Shown: positions 1 through 10,493 of the stretch, piece by piece
Position numbering within the stretch: the stretch's first letter is position 1
How the letters are laid out: each line of letters begins with the position of its first letter
IMG/VR virus record: IMGVR_UViG_3300032219_002585
Coordinates: 1 to 41,169 of that record
Direction: 5' to 3' (one strand)
Length of the DNA: 41,169 bases
Origin: a virus
Taxonomy: Duplodnaviria; Caudoviricetes
Position numbers and translations under genes: made by a program
The notes under the pieces: model-generated
What the model saw: the letters and a program-made list of their open reading frames with translations, nothing else
Databases searched by the model: none
What the model was told of the DNA's origin: nothing

Positions 1-3000
1 ATAATCGCGCACATATAACTGATTCAAGGGAACCACTGTTCCATTTTTGTTAGTACCCGCAGATAAACCTGAATAGTAGTATGAAGATAGTTTTACATCA
101 TTGAGATTTACATATCCCGCATCCATGAACATACGATTCGGGGTGTTATTAGCCAATGCGGGCAATATGTTTGGAGTACTGATAGGTGACCCATAATTAA
201 ATAATGAGTATATAGGTACTTCTTGTTGGGCCCCCACCGTGGTGATTCCATTTGTCAGAGATACTATGGCTGGATTACCAGTTAATAATGACTCACTTAA
301 TTTTATTTCAATAAAATTGCTACCCAATATTCCACCAAAATCAGCGGACTTTATAGCCCAGTTTTCATATACATCATAATCGATGCTACCCTGAGGCAAA
401 GTGGCTCCCTTAAAAGCATTTATAGAATTTCTCGTGCCTTTGGTTTTTATCATGGTTTGATAAAGATTTACCTGAGTAATATCGGTTAAATCTGCCACAG
501 ACATATAATCACGTGGTCTAAATCCAATCAAAGAAAAACTTAATAGATCAGCATCATTTTCTAAATTAGCTTTGTTTACATCATAATACAATGTGCTTTC
601 GTATGACCGAGTAGAACTATTTGGTAACAGACCCTTTTGTATTTGATTATAATCTGTTTCCTTCCACTCGGTTTCTTGGAACAATTCTTTGGGCTGTACG
701 ATAGTTAATGCTATCCAATATTTGTTTTTGTACTTGACGATGGATCCAGTAGTATACTTTACTGCGGGATTCCATTCTACCACATTGTCTTGGTTTAGTA
801 TAAATCCAGCGACATCAAGTGTACCGTTCCAGTCTGCGGTTTTGCTGCCACGAACAAAGATTCGGTTTTGTTTCAATCCAGTAATCAGATTGTAAATCGT
901 GTCATTGAACAATGTAGTATTGTCAAATACTATACCATGCTCAATATTACCGATATTAAATTGACCATAACCAATGGTATCGCCCTGATTTAAGGGCTGG
1001 ATAACAAATTCAGTATCGTCACGCAATACACTCAAATCTTTACTTTGTATTGGGTATAAATTTTGATTCAGTACAAAATTTTGATTTGCTAAGGTCAATG
1101 GCTGAACTATAGAACTATCCTTATTTATGGACAACTGAGTTGCAGCGGGATTTAGCGTAGCAATACTACCCACTTCCCAGCCTAATTGAGACCAGTATAA
1201 GAATTCAGCTACCATTTGATTCCATGTTACTTCCAATCCATTTTCAACTTGGTTGAAAGTCATGCCTTGACTTTTTAAGTATGCTCCATAACTTGATAAG
1301 AATGTCGCAACTTCTTGTACAGTATAAAATACAGTGCCATAAGGTACGGCTACAGTAGTGGTAGTATAATCTACTGGTAATTTAACTGCTATACTTTCTA
1401 CTTCGATCTGACTAGTTTTACCGTTATTTTCAGGTGCTAATATAGTAAAATATGCTTTGTTTTGCGAATTACCATAAACTGCGAATCCATCAGTAGTTAA
1501 TTGTACTACCACCCCACTGTAAGTAATACGATCAAACGGTTGATTATCATAAAGTAGTACGGAAAAACTCTCATCTGGTATTAGCAACGACGCATTGCGA
1601 GAAGAAGGCACGCTTTTCTCAACAAAGAACTGAAGAATATTCTTATCACTAAACCCTGCTAGACGATATACTAATCTGACATCTAAATTAAACAGCAAAG
1701 ATTTAATAGTTGAAGTAGCATCGATTCCCAATTGTTTTTGATAATCTACGATCCAGTTTATGTAACTGGTCTTTGATGTACCTGATCCATATATATCAAT
1801 ATCGCTTATTGTTAGGTGACTACGATCATTGACCAAATATTGGTTGAATTCTTCATTGTATTTGTAATTATCTAAGTCAACGCCCAAGTTAAAGAACTCG
1901 GCGGGCTTAGCCAATGCTGTTATTTTCATTAAATCGAATGGCCAAGCTGAGCTTCGTCTATACGCTAATTCTGCGGGACCAAGGTCACCCACCTTCCAAT
2001 CTCTCTTGAATAGACGACCTGTATAGTTTCCTACAATTGCGTCGATTGGGGGTAATAAATTGCCCTGATTATCCACAGGCAATACTGACAGTAAGTCTGG
2101 TCGCTTGTATTGTTCTTTGACTATGGGATTGCCATAATTATAATCAATGCCCATGGATAAATCAGTCCACAACACCAAGTTATCACTTGTGTACGGTGCT
2201 GGGCCATATCTATTTTCCCACCAAGCAGGCTTATTAGTGTAACCTATCATTTCCCAAGGTTGGCTATTAACATTGCTAGTATCAAAATAGTATTCGTAAA
2301 TTCCTCTCCAATTACCCTGTTGAATTGGTTGCTTATTTATTTTATTACCACTTTGCCAATAGTTGTAGCTGTATGTATTATCTGTGCTATACAACTGAGA
2401 TTTATAGTCAATTCTGTTTTGACCTACCCAATTTAAAAACAATTCGCTATAAATTTGTAAAATTTCATTATTGGTATATTCAGTTTCTCTCCAGAATCCT
2501 GGCATAACAACAGTTTCTGGCACTGGCACGGCCGCACTTATTTTTAGATTATTGTAAATTCTTTTTTCAAATTCCAATAATACTTGGTCTCTAAAGTCAA
2601 CTAATCGGCCGGTGACCGGACTGTAACTACCATATAATCTGTTATATGATCCATCGTGACCCCTAATGAAATAAGTTGGGGTAGTATATTCAGTATCTAA
2701 TATAATGCCAGGAGCCGTAGCTGGGTATAAACCCAATTTAGTAGGAGTATTAGGTATATAACTACCATAAGTTTGATTGTATTCATTGACTATTATTTTA
2801 TCACCCACTTGTAAGGCAACATTGACAGTCAACGTGGGAGAGGTTTTACTTATGGTATAATCAACATTTCTGATCAATTGCGATTGTTGTAGCAACCCAT
2901 CTACTGTTCTAGTCAAATAAACTAAAATACCCTCATAGTTAGATTTAGTAAAATCATATATTTTACTTAAAGGATATACCGAGGTAGTCAGTGAATTTGT

Positions 3001-6000
3001 GTTGAACGAGTATGTTTTCGACAAATATGGAGCCTTTGAGGGCAACATATCGCTCCAAAAGAATGGCGTGTTATCTGATTTAGTAGAAGTAATCTGATCT
3101 AATGCATCGTCTAACATAGAAGCCGCTGATTGATAAACACTGTACTCGGACTTGTTTACTACATCAGTCAGTACATTTTTAAAAGTGGCGTAGCTTCGAT
3201 TGTTAAATTCTACTGAATTAAAGAAATTGTGATTTTGTTTTCTTAAAAAGACACCAGGCAACACTAATGAAGCACTATTTTGAATTATTCTATTGCCCCA
3301 GGGTACAAGATTACCTAAATCTCGATAGTTATTGGCGCCAAATAACTCACCCTTTATATTTGGGTTGTTATAGAAAATAGACTGGTATTGCCCTCTAATA
3401 TCACCCACATTTACTTGTATTGGATCTATGTTGAATGGATTATTAGTTAAATTTATCGGTACAGTATAGTGGGCGTTGCCACTGCTACTATTGCTTATTA
3501 TTAAAATCTGTACTACAGTAGACGCTGATAAACTCAACCCAGTAACCGTAACTATAGTATCAGTGAGGGTAGTAGATATACTGTATTGGTTAGCACTTAG
3601 CAAACTATTATTAGCATAAACTTGTATAATTGGCCAGTTTGTGTAATTTGAATCTACCGGTAATACATCTAAGATAAAAGATGGTGATGCCGTTGAGGGA
3701 TCAAAATTAAATTCAAATATCTGATATTGAACGGAAGGTGATATTGCGGTTTGCCAGCCAAGATGGCGAGTATAATCATCTTTGTTAGCATAATTATGCA
3801 CATACCCAGTATTTACTTTTTTAATAACAGGCTTGTTTACCTCAACATATTCAAATGTATCAGTATTAAAAGTCACATCAAAACTTATATCTCCCACATT
3901 GTCTATAGCACTATAACGCAATGGGAAATTTAAAATTGGATCGTCTTCGCCTGTACCTATACCATAAGAAAACAATTTACACCCGGTAAATGAACTACCT
4001 GAGTAATATGTTTTATTTCCTAAACTGATACCACTATTATCGAGTATATCAAACAGGGGTGGCTGATTTACACTTATTTTTGCTTGAGATTCTAACCAGT
4101 TACTGGTGTCAAAGTAAAAATCTTTACCTTGATTATAATATCCTCGATATGCAACAACTTGAGTGTTTTCTAAAATTTCACCATCGGGCGCGACTGACAA
4201 TGTTATTTTTGGTGGTGCTCCTGGCTCTATTTGCGTTAGCTGCGCTACAAAGATTTTATTCTTCTCATTTTCATCATTGGCGAAAACAATTCTAGCTCCA
4301 TCTGACAATAGGTAATTTTCTAAATTGAGTTCAGACATACTCAAAGAGGCAGAGACTGTTCCTGTAACGGCGACTGGTGAACTCCAGCCTACTAGTAAAG
4401 TAGTATTAGCAGTGTTTAGCCCACTTACTGATAATATTGTTGTATCTTGAGGTAGTTGTAAAGTATCATCTGCTATATACTGCCCTATAGCAGGGGTGTT
4501 TGTTATATCTACTGTTGGCACTGTGATTATGGTTGACAATGATGTTACCGCAATCGTCATTGATGTATTGGGGCCTGGTATAACCTCGGCTTGTTTAAAT
4601 ATTTTACCTAATCTAGATTGTGATATACTAAAGGTAGTGCTGTCAATTACTTCATTGATGTAATATGTAGTGCCACTTATTAGTGTACCAAACGTGGTTA
4701 CTGCGGCACCACTAATTACCATATTACTGAATACTACTTTATCTCCATATTTAAATCCAGCAGTGCTACTACATTTTATTCTATTAGCCACTGTAGTAGT
4801 AGACAGACCTGATGTAATTGTGTTGACTAGTGACACCGCTGAAATCGTGGCGGTACCTGGATATGAGGTCCAAGCTGTTACATCAGGATAGTATAATCTT
4901 GCACCAGCAACTTGTGCTAGCGCGTCCGTAGTTCTAAAATCTATAAAATCTACTGGGGCTTTACCCAACGTACCAGTGTTGAATAGTTTTAAATTAGGGT
5001 AAAATTCAATAATAGGTCTAACTGCTTTTGTTTGTTGGTTGGCATATAGAGTCAACAATGTTGGATTATTATTGTATTTTGCTGTGGCATTGATTACATC
5101 AATATGGAACCAACGGTTACTACGAGACCACGCATTTCTGTTAATGGCATTTCTTGCTATTGTTATATAATCCGCTGTTTTAGGAATGTACAAGTTAGCA
5201 TCATAATTGCCCAAATCATATGGTGAGATATCATACGGCAAGTATTCAGTTTGCGTAAACGATTCAATCGCTATCAAGTCGATCACTGGGATAAGTTCAA
5301 TCGCCGAACCCACCCCCTCGACATAATATTCTCCTGTTAGATAAGATTCTGGAATAACATCACCCTGAAAGGTTACCTTTAGTCCATTAGTAAATACTAC
5401 GCCGTTGGTAGACTTATAGTTCAGTTTTCCTAAAATGTCAGCATCGACATTAATATTATTGGTAGTGTTGGCATCAATCAGCCGTATTATACCTAGTTTA
5501 TTAGATGAGGTTCCATCTTGGTAATATAATACATCTAATATAGCGCTTATATAGGGAATTAATTGAATACTGCCAGTTATCGCTTTGTAGAAACTTCTAC
5601 CTACCCATTGGGTACCATATTGGGCTGTAATTTTTTCATTAACCGGAATTGAATTGCTCAACACTAACTGAATAGTGGGATCTTCTACTAACCCAACTAA
5701 ACTTATTGTATAGTAATTGTTAATGGCAACCGCATTATTGTAAATCAATAATGTCAACCCACTGAGTGATGTTATTCCATCTATACCCCCTAAAGTGGAA
5801 ACTTTTACCCCATTAATAGCACTATAGGGTAATGTGCTAACTAAATCAACAACATTGTTCCCAGGTAAATCATATTCATCTTGTGCTGATTTTACGGGTA
5901 CATTAAAAGTAATTGTTCCTTGGGTAGAACCATTATTTTGTACGCCAAATATTTCTCGGGTATTTAAGTTAGATTGTGTGGGGCTAAATCCAGTAACCCC

Positions 6001-6618
6001 AGGTTCACCTTGAATCCAAAATTGTGACGACTGATCTACCTCAAATGTATATGTACCACCCCGTAGTAGAGTTAATGTTGGGTTTAAGTTACCCTGTGAT
6101 GCGGTATCATCTTTGACTTCATATGCATTGGGCAAGCTAGTAATCGAATAAGTCTCCGTATTGAATACTACTTCTTGTGAAACCGTAACGGCTTGCGGGC
6201 CACTGGGTAACCAATAATATTGATTATAATTAATTATCTTGTCTAAATTAGTAAACGAGTCCCAAGAATAATATTGGCTGTTAAACAACCGGTTATTGTT
6301 ATTTGTTACCCCACCTTCTAATTTCAACGCATCTATTATGCCAGGATAGCTTATAAAGTCTTGTGCTACGGATTCATTGGGTTTGGTAAAAATTACACCA
6401 GGTTCTAGTTGATAATCTTTTCTAGTTTTAGTGGGTTCTGTTACATAATAATCTTTGGGGTCTATACCATAACCCAACTTACTGCCCACAAAGCCTTGTG
6501 TGAGTTTAAGATTAGGCTGATCTACTATTTGATCTAGGGTCGCCCGTAAAAACTGAGAATTAGTAGATGTTTTGAATATTTCGGGTAGAAAATTTAAACT
6601 TCGGATTCGGTTAGCCAT
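1..6618 (-). CDS. Very large virion structural protein (>2206 aa, probably baseplate/tail-associated); 3' end lies beyond the left edge
   Basis: ATG at 6618 (MANRIRSLNFLPEIFKTSTNSQFLRATLDQ...). Both ends read in the same frame (...NGTVVPLNQLYVRDY at base 1). It is absent from the ORF track, which is consistent with no stop codon inside the window. It lies 18 nt downstream of the gp6-like gene. Confidence 0.85.
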   Translation of the reverse strand, partial: MANRIRSLNFLPEIFKTSTNSQFLRATLDQIVDQPNLKLTQGFVGSKLGYGIDPKDYYVTEPTKTRKDYQLEPGVIFTKPNESVAQDFISYPGIIDALKLEGGVTNNNNRLFNSQYYSWDSFTNLDKIINYNQYYWLPSGPQAVTVSQEVVFNTETYSITSLPNAYEVKDDTASQGNLNPTLTLLRGGTYTFEVDQSSQFWIQGEPGVTGFSPTQSNLNTREIFGVQNNGSTQGTITFNVPVKSAQDEYDLPGNNVVDLVSTLPYSAINGVKVSTLGGIDGITSLSGLTLLIYNNAVAINNYYTISLVGLVEDPTIQLVLSNSIPVNEKITAQYGTQWVGRSFYKAITGSIQLIPYISAILDVLYYQDGTSSNKLGIIRLIDANTTNNINVDADILGKLNYKSTNGVVFTNGLKVTFQGDVIPESYLTGEYYVEGVGSAIELIPVIDLIAIESFTQTEYLPYDISPYDLGNYDANLYIPKTADYITIARNAINRNAWSRSNRWFHIDVINATAKYNNNPTLLTLYANQQTKAVRPIIEFYPNLKLFNTGTLGKAPVDFIDFRTTDALAQVAGARLYYPDVTAWTSYPGTATISAVSLVNTITSGLSTTTVANRIKCSSTAGFKYGDKVVFSNMVISGAAVTTFGTLISGTTYYINEVIDSTTFSISQSRLGKIFKQAEVIPGPNTSMTIAVTSLSTIITVPTVDITNTPAIGQYIADDTLQLPQDTTILSVSGLNTANTTLLVGWSSPVAVTGTVSASLSMSELNLENYLLSDGARIVFANDENEKNKIFVAQLTQIEPGAPPKITLSVAPDGEILENTQVVAYRGYYNQGKDFYFDTSNWLESQAKISVNQPPLFDILDNSGISLGNKTYYSGSSFTGCKLFSYGIGTGEDDPILNFPLRYSAIDNVGDISFDVTFNTDTFEYVEVNKPVIKKVNTGYVHNYANKDDYTRHLGWQTAISPSVQYQIFEFNFDPSTASPSFILDVLPVDSNYTNWPIIQVYANNSLLSANQYSISTTLTDTIVTVTGLSLSASTVVQILIISNSSSGNAHYTVPINLTNNPFNIDPIQVNVGDIRGQYQSIFYNNPNIKGELFGANNYRDLGNLVPWGNRIIQNSASLVLPGVFLRKQNHNFFNSVEFNNRSYATFKNVLTDVVNKSEYSVYQSAASMLDDALDQITSTKSDNTPFFWSDMLPSKAPYLSKTYSFNTNSLTTSVYPLSKIYDFTKSNYEGILVYLTRTVDGLLQQSQLIRNVDYTISKTSPTLTVNVALQVGDKIIVNEYNQTYGSYIPNTPTKLGLYPATAPGIILDTEYTTPTYFIRGHDGSYNRLYGSYSPVTGRLVDFRDQVLLEFEKRIYNNLKISAAVPVPETVVMPGFWRETEYTNNEILQIYSELFLNWVGQNRIDYKSQLYSTDNTYSYNYWQSGNKINKQPIQQGNWRGIYEYYFDTSNVNSQPWEMIGYTNKPAWWENRYGPAPYTSDNLVLWTDLSMGIDYNYGNPIVKEQYKRPDLLSVLPVDNQGNLLPPIDAIVGNYTGRLFKRDWKVGDLGPAELAYRRSSAWPFDLMKITALAKPAEFFNLGVDLDNYKYNEEFNQYLVNDRSHLTISDIDIYGSGTSKTSYINWIVDYQKQLGIDATSTIKSLLFNLDVRLVYRLAGFSDKNILQFFVEKSVPSSRNASLLIPDESFSVLLYDNQPFDRITYSGVVVQLTTDGFAVYGNSQNKAYFTILAPENNGKTSQIEVESIAVKLPVDYTTTTVAVPYGTVFYTVQEVATFLSSYGAYLKSQGMTFNQVENGLEVTWNQMVAEFLYWSQLGWEVGSIATLNPAATQLSINKDSSIVQPLTLANQNFVLNQNLYPIQSKDLSVLRDDTEFVIQPLNQGDTIGYGQFNIGNIEHGIVFDNTTLFNDTIYNLITGLKQNRIFVRGSKTADWNGTLDVAGFILNQDNVVEWNPAVKYTTGSIVKYKNKYWIALTIVQPKELFQETEWKETDYNQIQKGLLPNSSTRSYESTLYYDVNKANLENDADLLSFSLIGFRPRDYMSVADLTDITQVNLYQTMIKTKGTRNSINAFKGATLPQGSIDYDVYENWAIKSADFGGILGSNFIEIKLSESLLTGNPAIVSLTNGITTVGAQQEVPIYSLFNYGSPISTPNILPALANNTPNRMFMDAGYVNLNDVKLSSYYYSGLSAGTNKNGTVVPLNQLYVRDY

Positions 6619-6636
6619 TATTTTCTCTAAGTTGGT

Positions 6637-9600
6637 TTATTGATTTAGCTCGTTAGGTGTAAGTGCTGCTATAACTTGTATGTCATCTGCTGTTGCCGCA
6701 TTTGCGAATATCTCGTAAGGAGCGCATTTTACTTCGTATAAGTCCCCAAAGGGCTTTGTGGGATCGTTAGAAACCAATACGATAGAGCTAACTAATTCCC
6801 CTACCACTGAGTGTAGGTACGCACTTAACTCTGAAAAATAAAATGTATCACCAAAGGTCCAATTGTTAATATTGAAGTAACTATTCATTGCTGTCAATAC
6901 TGCGCTACGGATTTCACTGTTACTAGCATTAGTTTTACCTGTCTTTATTACTTTTATTGTGGCTCTTAGCGCCGGTACTGCTTTGGGTCCAAATAAGGGT
7001 TTAAATATAACACTATTTAGTATTACAGAATCCGTGAGCATTTTATAATTCTGTAACTCGCCATATGATTGACTTAGTTGGTTGATAGTGGGCTTATCAG
7101 GTTCTGGTACATTGTTAGTAGTATCTTGAATCCAATTTTGGTACGCAGTATAGTATGCTTGTGTCACTACATATAAATCTATGATATTTGTTGTGGCGGG
7201 ATCAATTCTATTAGTATTGTTACTGTTGTGCTTATATTGAAACTTAAGACCCTGTCGACCTGGCTTCATCAAGAATTGAGGTTGTACCACTAATTGATAT
7301 AGCGGGGTTATAGATTGAGGATCTTCTACTGTAGTATAGAAAATATTTTCAGAATAAGCATAAAATAGCTGTCCTATAGGATATTCATATTTTACAACTT
7401 CTATTGAGTTTTTGTTAGCATACGAATATACTACTTCACTGGTACTGATTAGCTGCTCTCTGGTCAGTGATACAGCGTCCTGAATTATTTCAAAAAATGC
7501 GTAAATTCCTATATTAGCACTGCCATATTCATACCCTGTAATTTTTTTGAAGAAATCTGGGTCGTCAATGACCGAACTATTGTTCAGATTTACGCTTGAT
7601 ACTTCTACTTCAAAACTATTTATATAGCCATCGCTTTGAACTGGTTGATCTACTATAGTTAGTTTTACTTGATTTCCCAAACAAATATTAGAATTAGGTT
7701 GTGTGTTGACTGGTAATACGGCTACATAATCTTGTAGTTGTTTTCCGGAAAAGGGATCGTACACTAGTTTATTAACATCAAACGCAAATCTATTGTCAGA
7801 TACGCTACCATAAAAATAAGCCAAAGACTTGTAGGCGATTGAATATCGATTATTACCTAAACTTAGGAATCTAACGAACCAATTTGTATTATCATACAAT
7901 TGAATACTCCATCTATCTTGATTTATAGCTAATGAATTATCAAATACTAATGAGAAATTTTGTTGTAGTTCCATTCTAATTACGCATTCATCTATAACTT
8001 GGTTAGATAAACTATTGTCAAATACTGGTATTACTGTTAGAATTTTAACTCCCTGGGGAATAAAGCCATTAAGTACGACTGGACCAGTTCCGTTAACAAA
8101 ATTGCCATCACCATAATTATATCCGTCACCCACTACATTAAGAACTGTTGTCCAAACTTGTGTAGGGTTTTCTAGAGTTGGTACTCCAGATACTAGCCTA
8201 TTATCATTATCAAAATAATAGCCTGTTGGTGCTTGTAGTAAGATCAAAGCACCCTTTGAAATATACTTTAAATTATTAGTTGAGAATGTTCCCGTAGCTA
8301 CAGCTATATTAGCGTCGTTGTAAAAATAACCAGTAATGCTATTGGCGTCCACGGTAGACAAATTCCAAAACAAATTTCCCTCGATATTATATCTGGGGTA
8401 TGTTTGTATATAATATTGATTTGCTCTAATTTTACCTAGGACCTCAGCTAAGGGACCAAACAAAAATCTCCTAATAACCGAGTCATTTATGATATTGAGA
8501 TTTAAGAACCCATCGGAATTAGTTTGATAAAGCGCACCATCATTACCAAAAGTATTAGTCGAGCTATATTTTCCTGTTGGATCCAAAAGGTCTAGATTTT
8601 TAGATACACCAATACTTGAACGATTAACCGCTTTTGATTTTATTATAGAACTGTATAGGGTATAAGGGAAATTATTATAATCTTCCCCGTTTACCATGCG
8701 GTTTTGTGTGTAATATCTTGTGGGTGCTCTTTGTTTTATTTGCGCTAACGGTTCTCTAGCTTGAGCATTAGATACGGGAACTTGTAGCTCAAGTCCTAAT
8801 GTCAATACTTCAGGTCTGCCTTGTCTATTCACATAAGTTATTGATGCGGTAATACCTTGCATCTCCGCAGGTTCTATCGTATAGGTTAGCGCATTACCAC
8901 CCCTCACATATGCTCTGAATGTGCCTACGGGGATCTCAGAAAATACTCCATCACCAAAAATATAGCTTACTTGATCGTTAAATCGTGACCCAACTGAGAA
9001 TATAGTTCTATCTTCCTTTGTGGTTTGTAAATAAGCGTCAGAGTATACATTCTCGACTTTTCTCCATAAATCAAAAGTAGAGTTGCTATCATTTACTTTA
9101 TATAACCATGTATCAGTGTTGTTTATACCCTGAATATCTATGTCTATTACTTGGTTACTAATTTGTTGCTCTATTGTAAAGTCAAAATTCTGTAATGACC
9201 CTTGCTTAAAATAAAAGAAAAATCCTGTGTCTGGGCTACCATAACCTAATTTGTCATTGCGATATAGGATATTAAACTTACCCGTGGGCTCAGGAGGCAG
9301 TTCATACACATAATCTTCATCTAAACTAGTAACACTTACTAATTCAAATCCCATTGCGATTCCATCTACAGTTGAATTAAATGGTACTATGGGCAGTGAA
9401 TCGGGAGGGATGCTCAATGAGTATTCATCTGTTTTAATAGATAAAATCTCTGCGCTGTTTCCAGGCCTACCAACTCTCTGAGAATTTATTAATGCTGCAT
9501 TAACGATGGTAGTATATTGTTCTAACCAATTTGTATTGGCGGGATCATTCCATAGTATGGGGATATTACTTAGATTCAACCCATTCAAATCAGTAATGTT

Positions 9601-9981
9601 TTGAGTGGTTTTGATGCTTACTATCTTAAGATACCCCTGACTTGCTAAGTTTCTTTTGGGAGTGTACGATACTAGATTAGCTAGTTTCACCACCGAGTCC
9701 CGTCTTTCTGCTGTATCGATGAAATTTTCTCGGGTGTTTAGATCATTACGGAACGCAAGACCTTGACCCATGAATGCTATAACATCCATCAATGCTATAA
9801 ATTCTGAGCTTTCTATATAATCTGTGAAGGTTTCAGGGTAATATAGCCGAAGATAATCTATGAAACTTTTACGCAGTGTTTCATAATCGAAGCTACGAAA
9901 ATCTGCTTCACTGAATGTTTGGTAAATGGCACGCCAGTCATTGATTCCAAAAAGCGCTTTTTGCCTAGATGATGTTGCCAT
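6637..9981 (-). CDS. gp6: Baseplate wedge protein, T4 gp6-like (1114 aa)
   Basis: N-terminal DFRSFDYETLRKSFIDYL...ENFIDTAERRDSVVKLANLVSY, internal IFGDGVFSEIP and QNRMVNGEDY motifs typical of the gp6/baseplate J family; adjacent to gp25. Confidence 0.85.
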   Translation of the reverse strand: MATSSRQKALFGINDWRAIYQTFSEADFRSFDYETLRKSFIDYLRLYYPETFTDYIESSEFIALMDVIAFMGQGLAFRNDLNTRENFIDTAERRDSVVKLANLVSYTPKRNLASQGYLKIVSIKTTQNITDLNGLNLSNIPILWNDPANTNWLEQYTTIVNAALINSQRVGRPGNSAEILSIKTDEYSLSIPPDSLPIVPFNSTVDGIAMGFELVSVTSLDEDYVYELPPEPTGKFNILYRNDKLGYGSPDTGFFFYFKQGSLQNFDFTIEQQISNQVIDIDIQGINNTDTWLYKVNDSNSTFDLWRKVENVYSDAYLQTTKEDRTIFSVGSRFNDQVSYIFGDGVFSEIPVGTFRAYVRGGNALTYTIEPAEMQGITASITYVNRQGRPEVLTLGLELQVPVSNAQAREPLAQIKQRAPTRYYTQNRMVNGEDYNNFPYTLYSSIIKSKAVNRSSIGVSKNLDLLDPTGKYSSTNTFGNDGALYQTNSDGFLNLNIINDSVIRRFLFGPLAEVLGKIRANQYYIQTYPRYNIEGNLFWNLSTVDANSITGYFYNDANIAVATGTFSTNNLKYISKGALILLQAPTGYYFDNDNRLVSGVPTLENPTQVWTTVLNVVGDGYNYGDGNFVNGTGPVVLNGFIPQGVKILTVIPVFDNSLSNQVIDECVIRMELQQNFSLVFDNSLAINQDRWSIQLYDNTNWFVRFLSLGNNRYSIAYKSLAYFYGSVSDNRFAFDVNKLVYDPFSGKQLQDYVAVLPVNTQPNSNICLGNQVKLTIVDQPVQSDGYINSFEVEVSSVNLNNSSVIDDPDFFKKITGYEYGSANIGIYAFFEIIQDAVSLTREQLISTSEVVYSYANKNSIEVVKYEYPIGQLFYAYSENIFYTTVEDPQSITPLYQLVVQPQFLMKPGRQGLKFQYKHNSNNTNRIDPATTNIIDLYVVTQAYYTAYQNWIQDTTNNVPEPDKPTINQLSQSYGELQNYKMLTDSVILNSVIFKPLFGPKAVPALRATIKVIKTGKTNASNSEIRSAVLTAMNSYFNINNWTFGDTFYFSELSAYLHSVVGELVSSIVLVSNDPTKPFGDLYEVKCAPYEIFANAATADDIQVIAALTPNELNQ

Positions 9982-10001
9982 GTTAATATTCTCTTTTTAA
10001 G

Positions 10002-10007
10002 TATTTA
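10002..10007 (-). promoter_or_regulatory. Late promoter TAAATA upstream of gp6
   Basis: CATAAATAC on the minus strand, 20 nt before the ATG; matches the core of the T4 late promoter TATAAATA. Confidence 0.65.
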
Positions 10008-10031
10008 TGCCCTCAAAAAGTACTACTATTT

Positions 10032-10481
10032 TCAGTTCATTACGGCGCTGTTGGTCGCTTGATCAAAAAATAAAGATATCTGAGTGGCTTGATTAAAGGG
10101 TGATACTGCTAATTCTACTTCAACTAGAATACCATTTTCTTGTGGGAATACAGAAATTGTATTCAATATGAGTCTAGGATCTTGATTGGCGACTCTACGG
10201 ATTTCACTTTCTAGCTGACTAGTAACATCTGATGTATTGGGTTCAAAAATGAATGACCACAGTGTGGTGCCATATTCAGGATTGCCTACCTTTTCGCCCT
10301 GTTGTATATTAAGGGCATTGACTAAATCCTGAATTACTAATGGATTGTCTACTAATCTAAATTTTTTACCAGGAGAGGTTGATATCACTGTACTGCCCAC
10401 ACCCCCATCCACCCCCGAATTTAGGTCCGTGGTGCGGGGTTTGTTTGCGTTTACTGTGCTGAATCCAATGTATGTTGGCAT
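10032..10481 (-). CDS. gp25: Baseplate wedge subunit / sheath initiator, gp25-like
   Basis: QGEKVGNPEYGTTLWSFIFEP...IRRVANQDPRL matches the GPW/gp25 pattern; lies between gp5 and gp6. Confidence 0.88.
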   Translation of the reverse strand: MPTYIGFSTVNANKPRTTDLNSGVDGGVGSTVISTSPGKKFRLVDNPLVIQDLVNALNIQQGEKVGNPEYGTTLWSFIFEPNTSDVTSQLESEIRRVANQDPRLILNTISVFPQENGILVEVELAVSPFNQATQISLFFDQATNSAVMN

Positions 10482-10487
10482 AATTAG

Positions 10488-10493
10488 TATTTA
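10488..10493 (-). promoter_or_regulatory. Late promoter TAAATA for gp25, overlapping the gp5 stop codon
   Basis: CATAAATAC, 6 nt before the ATG at 10481. Confidence 0.6.
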
